From Candidatus Enterousia sp. (GTDB lineage: Bacteria > Pseudomonadota > Alphaproteobacteria > Rs-D84): 64,000 nt of DNA. Under the pieces are notes generated by a model. It saw only the letters and a program-made list of their open reading frames with translations. It searched no databases and was not told where the DNA came from. Positions 28,746 through 37,876 of this stretch are shown one piece after another (the stretch's first letter is position 1; every line of letters starts with the position of its first letter). The position numbers and the translations under genes are program-made. The DNA lies in NCBI GenBank assembly GCA_045647355.1, contig JAZRMF010000001.1:350679-414678 (forward strand), written 5' to 3'.

Positions 28746-29525
28746 CTATAAATATTTATTTTTATTCTGTAAAAGTTTATCCAGTATATCTATTGGTATG
28801 GGTTTTCGATTATCAATATCGCCATACATCCCAAGTTCCCTGTTTATTTTGCTCGGGCTGTGATAATCACTGCCGCCACTGACCAACAAATCATTTTTTC
28901 GTGCTAAATCTGTAACAAAATCTGTATATTCATCTGTTTGGCCGGACTGATATACCTCTATACCATCGATTCCGTATTGTTTTAGTTCGCAAATAAATTC
29001 TTGCAAATTATTACTATCAATGCCTTTTGTCCTGTTTGGGTGTGCCAATATCGCCAAACCGCCAGAACGATGAATCATATCTATTGCCTCGCCATATCCA
29101 AACGGCGGTTGCAGAAAATGTTCAATAACAAATGTTTTGTCTGAACCCTTGTCGGTATCAATCATCATTTTTATAAAAGCATCCCTGGCACCAATCAGTG
29201 TTTCATATTTTCCCTTGGTATAACCATAGTTTTTTAGCGATTGTTCTATGTATTCCCTGCGTATGGCGGCTTTGTTATTTATCTCGTCAAACCGTTTTAG
29301 AAATAATCCGATAATGTGTGTATTTCTTTCACAAGAAACCTCTATCCCATTTATAAAGTTGATACCGCATTGCTCTGCCGCTTTTGCCGCCGCATGCAAT
29401 CCATCGACATTGTTATGATCTGTTAAAGCAATATATTTTAGTCCCTTTTTGGTGGCCAAATCAACCAATTCACTTGGGGACAACGCCCCATCCGAAGCAT
29501 TACTGTGCGTATGAAAATCTATCAT
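28746..29525 (-). CDS. PHP-domain phosphoesterase
   Basis: MIDFHTHSNASDG… and C-terminal GGSDYHSP metal-binding motifs of the PHP (TrpH/YciV-like) family. Confidence 0.8.
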   Translation of the reverse strand: MIDFHTHSNASDGALSPSELVDLATKKGLKYIALTDHNNVDGLHAAAKAAEQCGINFINGIEVSCERNTHIIGLFLKRFDEINNKAAIRREYIEQSLKNYGYTKGKYETLIGARDAFIKMMIDTDKGSDKTFVIEHFLQPPFGYGEAIDMIHRSGGLAILAHPNRTKGIDSNNLQEFICELKQYGIDGIEVYQSGQTDEYTDFVTDLARKNDLLVSGGSDYHSPSKINRELGMYGDIDNRKPIPIDILDKLLQNKNKYL

Positions 29526-29597
29526 TCTAATCTCTTTTTTTCTTTACATTCATTTGGGGCATTATATCATAGAAACCAACAATGAAAAGGTTTTATT

Positions 29598-30365
29598 ATG
29601 ATAATTGGTATGGTCAGATACGCAATCCCGAACAGTTTTATGAATTCGAATAATTCGCGTTCTTTGGTGCAATTATATGAAGATCCATATTTTTCAGACC
29701 GGTTTAATATCTTTCGCAATATAACACTGCCATCATTTGCACAGCAAACAAACCAGGATTTTACCCTGTGTGTATATCATACGAACTTGATTCCAGATGA
29801 TAAAAAGGTATTGTTTGATAACCTTGCCAAACAATATCCATTCCTAAGAAATGTTTACACAGCCGGCAAAATGGACATTCCGGATGATTTGAAAGAACGG
29901 CAAATGCTGACATTCCGAATAGATAATGATGATGGCATGGCCTTGGATTTTATTGAAAAATTGCAACAAATCAAAGAAATCGTTGGGAATAAAACATCAA
30001 ATTTTGCGATCAGCATTCCACATATGCGAAAAATCGCCAGGATTGATAATTTTTTGTATCAAACATTGGAAACGGATTTTATATCAAATTCTATGGGCTT
30101 AGCGTACCTTGGGAACGATGGGCGCACTGTTATGAACCTGGGTAATCATACCAAGGTTGCTTATTCCACCCCAATGCTGATGGTTGCCGGCAATGGCGGT
30201 CTGCAAGTGATAAATGGTTATAATGTGGCCAATGGTTTTAAGAAAGTATATCAAAACCAATCGGATATGGCTATTTTGAATCAAAAAGATATGCAAGATC
30301 TGCTGGTCAAAGACGGATATGCCAAAATGGATTTATCTTGCCTGCCAATCATAAAATCCAGATAG
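29598..30365 (+). CDS. hypothetical protein (possible GT-A-like fold; DNDDG motif)
   Basis: 255 aa with RBS AAAAGG. No confident family assignment. Confidence 0.5.
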   Translation: MIIGMVRYAIPNSFMNSNNSRSLVQLYEDPYFSDRFNIFRNITLPSFAQQTNQDFTLCVYHTNLIPDDKKVLFDNLAKQYPFLRNVYTAGKMDIPDDLKERQMLTFRIDNDDGMALDFIEKLQQIKEIVGNKTSNFAISIPHMRKIARIDNFLYQTLETDFISNSMGLAYLGNDGRTVMNLGNHTKVAYSTPMLMVAGNGGLQVINGYNVANGFKKVYQNQSDMAILNQKDMQDLLVKDGYAKMDLSCLPIIKSR

Positions 30366-30437
30366 TGTTTGTGTATTTTGCATATTACATATTTTTAACT
30401 TATTGCCCACACAGGCATAATTTATTAATAAAATTAT

Positions 30438-30524
30438 TTAATACAGATTCGGTAAACCTAATTTATCTTTTACTTCATCAATCTCTTGCCCGAATTCTAA
30501 CAACTCGGTTTGCGAATTACACAT
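30438..30524 (-). CDS. small ORF (28 aa from ATG; 36 aa from an upstream TTG) in repeat module copy 2: MCNSQTELLEFGQEIDEVKDKLGLPNLY
   Basis: Paralog of the copy 1 and copy 3 small ORFs. Conserved NSQT…(I/F)GQ(K/E)I.E(M/V)K(D/E)KL. Confidence 0.35.
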   Translation of the reverse strand: MCNSQTELLEFGQEIDEVKDKLGLPNLY

Positions 30525-30662
30525 ATAGCACAACCAAAGATTCAAACACCCGAAAGGGTGTTTTAATTTTTTGTTCGGGTCGAAAGGTTGAAATTAAAAA
30601 GTGGTAAAAAAATCACCATTTTCGAACTTTTTATACTATAAAAAGTTTTATTTTTTAATGAT
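30441..30662 (+). repeat. intergenic repeat module, copy 2 (core 30461..30540, hairpin acacccgaaagggtgt plus T-run)
   Basis: Aligns with copy 1 through tttatcttttacttcatcaatctcttgcccgaattct…tcggtttgcgaattac…cacaaccaaag and the distal part. Confidence 0.7.
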
Positions 30663-31187
30663 TTATTTGTTTTTTAGGTAAAAATCCAGTGCATGATATG
30701 CACTATCAAAAGCCAAAGGTAGATCTGCTAAGTCTTGCGGATTTTCTATGGAATACCATTTTACATCAGATACTTCGTCTCTTTGTAAATTGAATTTCGC
30801 ATCATCATCAATTTTTGCAACAAAAAAAGCATCACACGTTTTGTATTGAAAATTTTTGTATTCGTATGTATTAGGAAAAGTACACAAATATTTCAAAATT
30901 GTTATATTGATACCTAATTCTTCACGACATTCACGAATACACGCCTGTTCGGTACTTTCATCGTGTTCTACAAAACCACCAGGTAAACCAAGTAAGCCAA
31001 ATTTAGGTTCTTTGGCGCGTACTTCAAATAATATTTGACCGTGGGTATTTATAATAATCACGGCGACCGCTGTTGCAGAATTATTGTATAAAACAAACCC
31101 GCAATCAGGACATTCCCATTTACGATTATTTATATTTTTGACATTTTGACCGGCACAAATAGGGCAAAATTTAAAGTCATTTTTCAT
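30663..31187 (-). CDS. NUDIX hydrolase with N-terminal zinc ribbon (NudC-like architecture)
   Basis: CPIC…CPDC zinc ribbon and NUDIX box GGFVEHDESTEQACIRECREELGI. Start taken at MKNDFKFCPICAG (the ORF track extends to 31259). Confidence 0.75.
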   Translation of the reverse strand: MKNDFKFCPICAGQNVKNINNRKWECPDCGFVLYNNSATAVAVIIINTHGQILFEVRAKEPKFGLLGLPGGFVEHDESTEQACIRECREELGINITILKYLCTFPNTYEYKNFQYKTCDAFFVAKIDDDAKFNLQRDEVSDVKWYSIENPQDLADLPLAFDSAYHALDFYLKNK

Positions 31188-31282
31188 ATAAACTGCTTTT
31201 AATAAAATTATTCCAATATAAACTAAGTTGAATAGTACAAAAAATCTATCATTTTTCAAGTTGTTATATTACAATTCAATTT

Positions 31283-31681
31283 ATGAAAGTACTTACTTTA
31301 TATCAACCATATGCGGCTGCGATAGCATTGGGCTTAAAGAAATATGAAACGCGATCTTGGGCAACATCTTATCGCGGGCTTTTGGCGATTCATACATCGG
31401 TAAAAAAACTATCGCCAGAATTAAAGAAATTAGCCGAACATTATCAAATAACAAATCTTGAATATGGAAAGATAATTGTTATTTGCGAATTGCAAGATTG
31501 TATCGAAATGACAGATTGTTTTATACAATCTCAATCAATCACGGAAAGGAATTTTGGAATTTGGACGCCAGGTCGTTTTGCGTGGAAAATAAAAGTATTA
31601 AAAATCTTGAAAGAACCAATTTCTGTTCGTGGTTATCAAAAGCTTTGGAATATAGATTTAACCGAAGAGATTGTAAAATGA
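31283..31681 (+). CDS. ASCH (PUA-like) domain protein
   Basis: MKVLTLYQPYAAAIALGLKKYETRSWATSYRGLLAIHTS matches the ASCH consensus M..L.I.QPWA..I..G.K..E.R.W.T.YRG.L.IHA. Confidence 0.6.
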   Translation: MKVLTLYQPYAAAIALGLKKYETRSWATSYRGLLAIHTSVKKLSPELKKLAEHYQITNLEYGKIIVICELQDCIEMTDCFIQSQSITERNFGIWTPGRFAWKIKVLKILKEPISVRGYQKLWNIDLTEEIVK

Positions 31682-31989
31682 TTATAACAATTTGTGGCAG
31701 TTTGAAATTTCAACAAGAAATGATAACCATAGCACAAAAGATGACTTTCAGGGGGCATTGTGTAATCACACCAATTTTCCAAACCTCTAAAAATCCAAAT
31801 TATACCGAAGAACAAATACAAAAGTTAAAAAATGCACATTTAAAAAAAATAGATATTTCTGATGCGATATTGGTTGTAAATGTAAATAATTATATCGGCG
31901 ATTCTACAAGTTTAGAGATTGAATATGCTGAACAACACAAGAAACAGGTGTTGTATTATACAAACCTTATGCGAGAATTAGAAAAATAA
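31678..31989 (+). CDS. hypothetical small protein (103 aa); possibly nucleoside 2-deoxyribosyltransferase-like fold
   Basis: The ATG overlaps the upstream stop (ATGA). The ORF track's longer form 31483.. overlaps the ASCH gene in another frame, so 31678 is preferred. Confidence 0.45.
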   Translation: MIITICGSLKFQQEMITIAQKMTFRGHCVITPIFQTSKNPNYTEEQIQKLKNAHLKKIDISDAILVVNVNNYIGDSTSLEIEYAEQHKKQVLYYTNLMRELEK

Positions 31990-32094
31990 TTTCTCTTTCA
32001 TCTCATTAATCTCTTGCCCAATCTGAATCAAATCGGCTCGCGTTTTGCTAGCATCCCACAACCAAGATAAAATAAAAATATCCCATCGGGGCAT
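31978..32094 (-). CDS. small ORF (38 aa from MPRW…; ORF track gives a 93-aa form 31978..32259) in repeat module copy 3: MPRWDIFILSWLWDASKTRADLIQIGQEINEMKEKLFF
   Basis: Paralog of the other small ORFs, two codons longer (in-frame indel). Its C-terminus overlaps the convergent 31678..31989 gene by about 12 nt. Confidence 0.35.
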   Translation of the reverse strand: MPRWDIFILSWLWDASKTRADLIQIGQEINEMKEKLFF

Positions 32095-32148
32095 TTTTTT
32101 GCATTTCTGCATTTTTTGTAATACAGTGGAACAAAAGAGGTAATTTCC
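31990..32148 (+). repeat. intergenic repeat module, copy 3 (core 31990..32066)
   Basis: tttctctttcatctcattaatctcttgcccaatctgaatcaaatcggctcgcgttttgc…ccacaaccaag aligns with copies 1 and 2. A T7 run at 32094-32100. Confidence 0.7.
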
Positions 32149-32694
32149 ATGCAAGAATTGTTGAGTTTTCCACAAATCATAAAATCGGCCCGATTGGTGT
32201 TGAGTGTGGTTGCGCCAACCACAGAAAATGCTTCGATGCTTTTGGACATTATCAATCAAGATCGTGATTATTTAATGGCTTGGCAAGGACACTTCGGCGA
32301 ATTAAAAACTGTTGATGATGTGATGGCATACCTGACAAAACGTGCAAACCAAATAAAAACCAACCAAGGTATGTGCTTTTACATTTTTCACAATAATATT
32401 ATTATTGGTCGCATTCAGTTCTTTGGTGTTGAAAATAATGCCTGCGAAATAGGATATTGGTTGATAAAATCTGCAAATGGTAGTGGGTTTATGAGTGAAG
32501 CGCTGCAAGCATTAGAAGTTGAATTATTTAAATTCGGTTTTGAAAAGATTAAATTGGATATAGACAAGGGTAATACACGTTCAGAAAATCTAGCAAAACG
32601 CAATGGTTATAAATTGGAAAAAGTATTGCCTATGGCTTCTTGGGCAAAATGTGTTGGTAAATGTGATTCTTTGATTTACGTGAAAGAAAAATAA
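32149..32694 (+). CDS. GNAT family N-acetyltransferase (RimJ/RimL-like)
   Basis: …ACEIGYWLIKSANGSGFMSEALQALEVELFKFGFEKIKLDIDKGNTRSENLAKRNGYKLEKV… contains the GNAT acetyl-CoA-binding core. Confidence 0.8.
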   Translation: MQELLSFPQIIKSARLVLSVVAPTTENASMLLDIINQDRDYLMAWQGHFGELKTVDDVMAYLTKRANQIKTNQGMCFYIFHNNIIIGRIQFFGVENNACEIGYWLIKSANGSGFMSEALQALEVELFKFGFEKIKLDIDKGNTRSENLAKRNGYKLEKVLPMASWAKCVGKCDSLIYVKEK

Positions 32695-32765
32695 AATTTA
32701 TCTTTCAACTGCTTATGCCCAATAATTCAGTTCGCGGATAGTGCATATTTGCGTTGCGGGCATTT
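32695..32765 (+). repeat. intergenic repeat module, copy 4 (degenerate)
   Basis: tttatctttcaactgcttatgcccaataattcagttcgcggatag… shares the copy 1 start. The antisense ORF is interrupted by TGA, leaving the remnant …IGHKQLKDKF. Confidence 0.5.
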
Positions 32766-32810
32766 TTATTTTTTTTATTTTTATGATATAATTCTCATAG
32801 AGGTGTGTTT

Positions 32811-33104
32811 ATGAAAGTCACGATTGCGCTTGTGTTATTATCCATTTATACCGTGTTGGAATTTATCGCGTATATGCCACAAATAATAAAATTATTAAAA
32901 ACTAAATCAGCCGATGATTTAAGTTTGACATCTTGGTTCACATGGATTACCGCAGATTTGTGCTATTTGGCGTATGTGTTGTTGGAAAGTCCAGAGATTG
33001 GCGTCATATTTATTTGCTCATTGGATTTGGTTTTCTTGTTGGTGGTGTTTTTATTGACGGCATGTTATCAAAAACGTAAAAAACGCAAAAGAATTCGCCG
33101 TTAA
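32811..33104 (+). CDS. PQ-loop repeat protein, SemiSWEET-like 3-TM transporter
   Basis: 98 aa with 3 predicted TM helices. PQ motif in AYMPQIIKLLKTKSADDLS, then a basic KRKKRKRIRR tail. RBS AGAGGTG. Confidence 0.6.
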   Translation: MKVTIALVLLSIYTVLEFIAYMPQIIKLLKTKSADDLSLTSWFTWITADLCYLAYVLLESPEIGVIFICSLDLVFLLVVFLLTACYQKRKKRKRIRR

Positions 33105-34507
33105 TGTGTTTTGATATTGTGGCGTTGTAAAAATTTATTTTGATTTTCAATATATCTTTCTTGGGATAATCGACCGTTATTTGACATTTGCGGCGGTAAA
33201 CTGGCGATATAATTACCGTATGCGGTATTAAAATATTTTTTATCATAATTCTTTTCTTGTGATAATCGAATTCTATCGGCATCCCGTATAGATGCAGAAA
33301 TTAGATCTGGGGCACATATATCGGTTGAATTATGATATTTAATTGCATAAACAATCTTATCTATTGTGCCAGGGAAAAGACGCTCGCTATAATTTTTTTC
33401 TAGGAATATGCGTGCGATTTCCGCACCACGTTGTGCATGTTCTGCGTCGTCATCATAATCGCCGTCATCATGTTCTTTGGGTACGCGTGCAATATCGTGC
33501 AATGCCGCCCCTAACATAATTGGAAATGGGTCGGTTCCCATCGATATGGCGATTTCAATCGCAAATTGAACGACCTGGAACGTATGTGTGTACAGGCCAT
33601 GGTATCCGTATTTTGGTTGCGTGCCGATATTTTCAATTTTGGGTAAAATTTCGTTTATAAACAATTTGGTATAATATTCACGTGCACGAACCGCAGATTT
33701 TATGACCGATGGACGAGACCGCAGATTGTTAATGTTCGACCATATCGTCTGTTTGATATCCATTGAACATGCATGAGAAGATTCTGCTTTACGTAATAAT
33801 ATTTTTTCAAACTCGGCCATTTTGCGACAAGGAAATATTTGGTAATCCGCATGGATTTCCAATGGTTCACGTGGCGTAATTTTTTGGCCCAGATCCATGC
33901 GGGCAATATTTTCTGGGCGAAATACTATGTATGATGTGTGACCACGGTCTTCACGACGGTTGGTATAATTAAATCCGTCGTATCCCAGATGTTCAAAGTA
34001 TTGAATCATACGTTGTTGATATAGATGATATCGGTTTACTTGTTCGGGTGTGTGGCATGCATGTTGTTGTGCCGTGGTATTGTATAAATTATCTGTTTGC
34101 AATTCTTTTTTTACATCTGGTGTTGGTATATGAAATGGTTCTGTAAAAATATAATCATAAAAATAGGGAATATTGTTTAATTTTAGATCATGCACAATGT
34201 GGTATAAAACCACGCATTGAAAATAGTTGATATCTGAGGCTCCACCAAAATCATCAATTTCGTATGTGTTGATCAGATTTAATTGCACTGGAATAATTTT
34301 ATATGTTGAATCGTTTTTGAATGACGGGGGCATTTGTATGGAATATTCGTGTCTTATGTCCAATGTTTCGTCTTTTTGGCATGGACATAATAGTACACAT
34401 TCTTGGGCGGCGGGATAAGAGCCAAAATGCGATAGTGGGCGGAATTTTTCAAATTCTGCCCGGGTGCCATGATAGAAAATATTATTTTGATCCAAAAATA
34501 ATGCCAT
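33101..34507 (-). CDS. HD-domain phosphohydrolase with unknown ~300-aa N-terminal region
   Basis: HTFQVVQFAIEIAISMG…LGAALHDIARV… is the H…HD signature of the HD superfamily. The N-terminal half has no recognisable domain. Confidence 0.65.
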   Translation of the reverse strand: MALFLDQNNIFYHGTRAEFEKFRPLSHFGSYPAAQECVLLCPCQKDETLDIRHEYSIQMPPSFKNDSTYKIIPVQLNLINTYEIDDFGGASDINYFQCVVLYHIVHDLKLNNIPYFYDYIFTEPFHIPTPDVKKELQTDNLYNTTAQQHACHTPEQVNRYHLYQQRMIQYFEHLGYDGFNYTNRREDRGHTSYIVFRPENIARMDLGQKITPREPLEIHADYQIFPCRKMAEFEKILLRKAESSHACSMDIKQTIWSNINNLRSRPSVIKSAVRAREYYTKLFINEILPKIENIGTQPKYGYHGLYTHTFQVVQFAIEIAISMGTDPFPIMLGAALHDIARVPKEHDDGDYDDDAEHAQRGAEIARIFLEKNYSERLFPGTIDKIVYAIKYHNSTDICAPDLISASIRDADRIRLSQEKNYDKKYFNTAYGNYIASLPPQMSNNGRLSQERYIENQNKFLQRHNIKTH

Positions 34508-34557
34508 AGGGTATATGGTATCACTAATTAAGAAAATGTCAATATTGCAAGTCTATA

Positions 34558-35121
34558 TTAAAACTGTATTATTGGCATGATTTCTGGTAATTTTGGTAAC
34601 ACAAAATGTCCGTACCCAGAAAATCGATGAACACGAATATCGGGTATGTTTTTTGTGATTTTATCAAAACTGCTGACTATGTGGGGCATATCATCGTCCG
34701 AGATTAACAGGTCTATGCCGCATTTTGTTTGTGATACAATTTTGTTGTTTAAATTGGCGCCTTTATAGAATTCAAATGGTTGAAAATCTTCGGCGTCTAT
34801 CCATGGTGCAACCAATACGATTTGCTTTACCACCAATTCAGGGTGCGTTGCCATATACTTTAATATGAACCCGCCACCGGCGGAATGTCCAATTAGTATT
34901 GTATCTGTATTTATATCATGGGTATCCATAATTTTTTCCCATTCGGGGTATTTCATAAGCAGTGCATGCGCATGTGGAAAGCGCGGTATTTGCATAACAA
35001 CATCATGTTGGGCTTCGGTCATAAATTGCAACCAATCTTTCCACCCCTTGGCCTCGTTGTAGATTTTATTGTTCCAATCTTCATCTGGTCCCATAACACC
35101 GTGACAGAAAATGATATTCAT
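34558..35121 (-). CDS. alpha/beta serine hydrolase, RBBP9/YdeN-like
   Basis: 187 aa. Nucleophile elbow GHSAGG. IFCHG start and His near the C-terminus, as in the Ser_hydrolase family. Confidence 0.7.
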   Translation of the reverse strand: MNIIFCHGVMGPDEDWNNKIYNEAKGWKDWLQFMTEAQHDVVMQIPRFPHAHALLMKYPEWEKIMDTHDINTDTILIGHSAGGGFILKYMATHPELVVKQIVLVAPWIDAEDFQPFEFYKGANLNNKIVSQTKCGIDLLISDDDMPHIVSSFDKITKNIPDIRVHRFSGYGHFVLPKLPEIMPIIQF

Positions 35122-35248
35122 GCGTGTTATCCTTTTGTTTGTTGAAAGTATCCTAGTATTCGGGTGTGGAAAAATCTAGTCTTTTATCTTGCCATAAGGT
35201 ATTTTTTCCTTTACGATTAAATTAAGAAAAAAATCAAAGGGGTAATGC

Positions 35249-36178
35249 ATGTATAAATACAGCAAGTTTCGTCAGATTTGTGCAACAATTGCCGGATGTT
35301 TCGGTAAAACGCGGTCGGCGCGTCGTCTGCATCGTGACCTGGTACGGTATAAAGGGCTGATTTCTACAGTTGGTCAAACGATGATTCCACGCAAGAAATA
35401 CCCAGTAAAAATTCCAATGGCGTTTTGCTTTGATGCGCGTGGTTGCAAAATGGCGGCGGTAACATTGAAGTCTTTACTTTTGGCATCCAAAGATCGTTGC
35501 GATTATGATGTTTATTGTGTCGTTACCCCCGATGTAGATGAGAGTTTGCGTGACGTTATTCGTGGTGTTTTAAAGGGTACAGATTCAGATGTCCACTTTG
35601 TTTTGGGTAACAATGATTTCGATGAATCTTGGCGTGGCAAATGGCCGGTTGCGATGTGGTATCGGTTGATGTTGCCGAAATTAGTGCCAAACGTTGATAG
35701 AATTATTTATGCGGATATTGATATGATATTCTTCCGCGATTTGATTGATATATATGAACTGGAATTGGGCGATAATGTGATTGCCGCGGTTCCAACACGT
35801 ACGACCAAGTATATCAATTCAGGATTTTTGTTGATGGATTTAGACAAGATTCGTCGTGAAAATATTTATGAAAAATGGGTTACAGAATCCAGAACTCATG
35901 AATACAGCAATCCTGACCAAGACGTGTTGAATTATACTTTGATTGGGCGCATAACATTTTTGCCGTTGCGGTATAATTTTCAACTGTCGCATGGGTCACG
36001 CATATTCAAGATATACCCAGAATCGGAATTGGATGATTTAAAACATAATTTGGTCGTGTTGCATTATTCTGATTATATGAAGCCCTGGTACGAGGTGGGA
36101 CGTCGCCCGGTGTATTCTGAATACTGGTGGAATGTTGCGCGTCAAACCGGATTGTTTGATGAAGGGGCGGGCAAATAA
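35249..36178 (+). CDS. family 8 glycosyltransferase (LPS-core 1,2-glycosyltransferase-like)
   Basis: GT8 motifs DIDMIFFRDL (DxD), NSGFLLMDL, and C-terminal LHYSDYMKPW. A start at MIPRKKY (35381) is also possible. Confidence 0.75.
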   Translation: MYKYSKFRQICATIAGCFGKTRSARRLHRDLVRYKGLISTVGQTMIPRKKYPVKIPMAFCFDARGCKMAAVTLKSLLLASKDRCDYDVYCVVTPDVDESLRDVIRGVLKGTDSDVHFVLGNNDFDESWRGKWPVAMWYRLMLPKLVPNVDRIIYADIDMIFFRDLIDIYELELGDNVIAAVPTRTTKYINSGFLLMDLDKIRRENIYEKWVTESRTHEYSNPDQDVLNYTLIGRITFLPLRYNFQLSHGSRIFKIYPESELDDLKHNLVVLHYSDYMKPWYEVGRRPVYSEYWWNVARQTGLFDEGAGK

Positions 36179-36262
36179 ACTGTCTATGCGGCGGTTTATT
36201 TCCTTTACACGGTTTTGAAAAATATATTATGATGAGTATGGGAAAAAAATCTTAACACAGGA

Positions 36263-37015
36263 TTGAGAGTTATGCGACACGCAATTGTGAATATTATTTG
36301 TATGTTTATTTGGAAAAAATCCCTGCGTGACAAGGTGCGTACCATACTTTATTATCCCCAGGTTCGTGACTATAACCAATTCGTTCGTGATTATGCGCAT
36401 CGCCATAAAATGAAAAATTGCAAGATTAAAACCAAGGTCGGTTGGATATGTTGCAACTGGGTCGTTATATTAAATGATAAACATGTGTTTAAATTTCCTT
36501 TAAAGTCGGATGGCAAGGATGCCGCAATACGTGAACAAAGGTTAACCGATGCGTTGCGTAAAGTGTCACCAATCAAGATTCCGCAAATGGAAACGATTAT
36601 TTATAAAGATATTGCGGTCCGCCGTTATGAATTTGCCCACGGTAAATTGTTTTCTGATTTGTCCCGGGCCGAGGTCGCAAAAAATGCGCAACATTTGTCG
36701 AAACAGATTGCAAATTTCTTGTACGTGTTGGGGCGTGCAGATCCACGCGAAATTGCCGATTTAAAACCAAGTGGCGCGGGCAAACCGGGGTTTTTATATG
36801 GATGGAATCATGGCGATATATGGCAGAATTTTATGGTTAATCCGAAAACGTTTGATATAACGTTCTTTATAGATTGGGAATCGGCAAATTTTGGTTCAAT
36901 GTATCCATGCCTTTATTCTGCGGACTATCATTGGGTACGATTTGGTTTCCGTGGGTTGATAGTCTATATCATGGCGGAATATGCAACAATGTATTTTAAA
37001 AAGAATTCAAAATGA
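36263..37015 (+). CDS. kinase-fold phosphotransferase (APH / Kdo-WaaP LPS-kinase-like), tandem paralog 1
   Basis: Catalytic-loop signature WNHGDIWQNFMVNP…IDWESANFG (HGD…N…IDWE). Paralog of the next gene. Confidence 0.55.
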   Translation: MRVMRHAIVNIICMFIWKKSLRDKVRTILYYPQVRDYNQFVRDYAHRHKMKNCKIKTKVGWICCNWVVILNDKHVFKFPLKSDGKDAAIREQRLTDALRKVSPIKIPQMETIIYKDIAVRRYEFAHGKLFSDLSRAEVAKNAQHLSKQIANFLYVLGRADPREIADLKPSGAGKPGFLYGWNHGDIWQNFMVNPKTFDITFFIDWESANFGSMYPCLYSADYHWVRFGFRGLIVYIMAEYATMYFKKNSK

Positions 37016-37710
37016 AAAAATTATTAGTAAATATTTTGTGTATGTTTGTTCCGGGGCGACATCGGCGGGCGATGTTGCGCGTGCGCCTTAATTATCCGAT
37101 TCGTCGTTGGACACGTTTCGCAAAAAGTTTTAGTCATAAACCCAATCCGTATGTGAAATATACTTATGGTCATCGTTGCATAAATTTTGTTGTGAACATT
37201 GATAATAAATATGTTTTTAAATTTCCATTAAAGACAGACGGTCATGAAATTTCGATTCGGGAAAAGCGTATAACCGATGCGTTGCGTCCGATATCACCGA
37301 TTAAAATTCCGAAAATGGACATAGTGGAATTTGACGGTATGGCGATTCGTAAATATGAATATGTTAATGGTGTTGGGTTTCATGCGCTGGACAGAAAAAC
37401 GCAGGATGCGCATATTGAAAGAATTGCAAAACAATTGGCGAAGTTCTTTTTTGTTGTTGGCATGTCTGACCCGCGCGAGATTCGTGATTTAAAGCCCAAG
37501 AAAAATGATAAGCCATCCATCATGCATGGTTGGAATCAAAACGATTTGTGGGATAATTTCATGCTGAACCCAAAGACGTTTGATGTTGTTGCCATGATAG
37601 ATTGGGAAGAGGCCGGATTTAACGATTTTCATCGTCGGTTTAGTGGTGGTACGGGAAATGGTTTGGCCAAGGCAACGTTGTTGCGCGAATATTTAAAATT
37701 GTTTTCATAA
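37012..37710 (+). CDS. kinase-fold phosphotransferase (APH / Kdo-WaaP LPS-kinase-like), tandem paralog 2
   Basis: WNQNDLWDNFMLNP…IDWEEAGFN. HGD is altered to NQND, so activity may differ. Overlaps the upstream gene by 4 nt. Confidence 0.5.
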   Translation: MKKLLVNILCMFVPGRHRRAMLRVRLNYPIRRWTRFAKSFSHKPNPYVKYTYGHRCINFVVNIDNKYVFKFPLKTDGHEISIREKRITDALRPISPIKIPKMDIVEFDGMAIRKYEYVNGVGFHALDRKTQDAHIERIAKQLAKFFFVVGMSDPREIRDLKPKKNDKPSIMHGWNQNDLWDNFMLNPKTFDVVAMIDWEEAGFNDFHRRFSGGTGNGLAKATLLREYLKLFS

Positions 37711-37768
37711 CGTGCCGATTTTTTTGATGGCGTTCATTTTATATAGAAAAAAATCCTAAATAAAAAAA

Positions 37769-37798
37769 CGCAGATTTCTGCGGGTTCTGTTGTTTTTT
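37769..37798 (+). terminator. putative intrinsic terminator
   Basis: cgcag-attt-ctgcg hairpin followed by ggttctgttgttttttg. Confidence 0.35.
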
Positions 37799-37876
37799 GA
37801 AAATCAAAAAAACACTTGCCAATTCATAATATATGTAGTTAAGTATATAACATTAGGAAAAGAAAGGAGAGCCTTT

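Noticed and set aside
31483-31989. 168-aa form of the ORF beginning at 31483
   Set aside because: Its first 65 aa overlap the ASCH gene in another frame. An ATG at 31678 coupled to the ASCH stop gives a clean 103-aa gene.
28539-32765. Repeat modules as integron attC sites of a cassette array
   Set aside because: The cargo looks cassette-like, but no R''/R' core pairs (RYYYAAC…GTTRRRY) or integron integrase were found. The repeats also show codon-level conservation on the minus strand, which attC sites would not.
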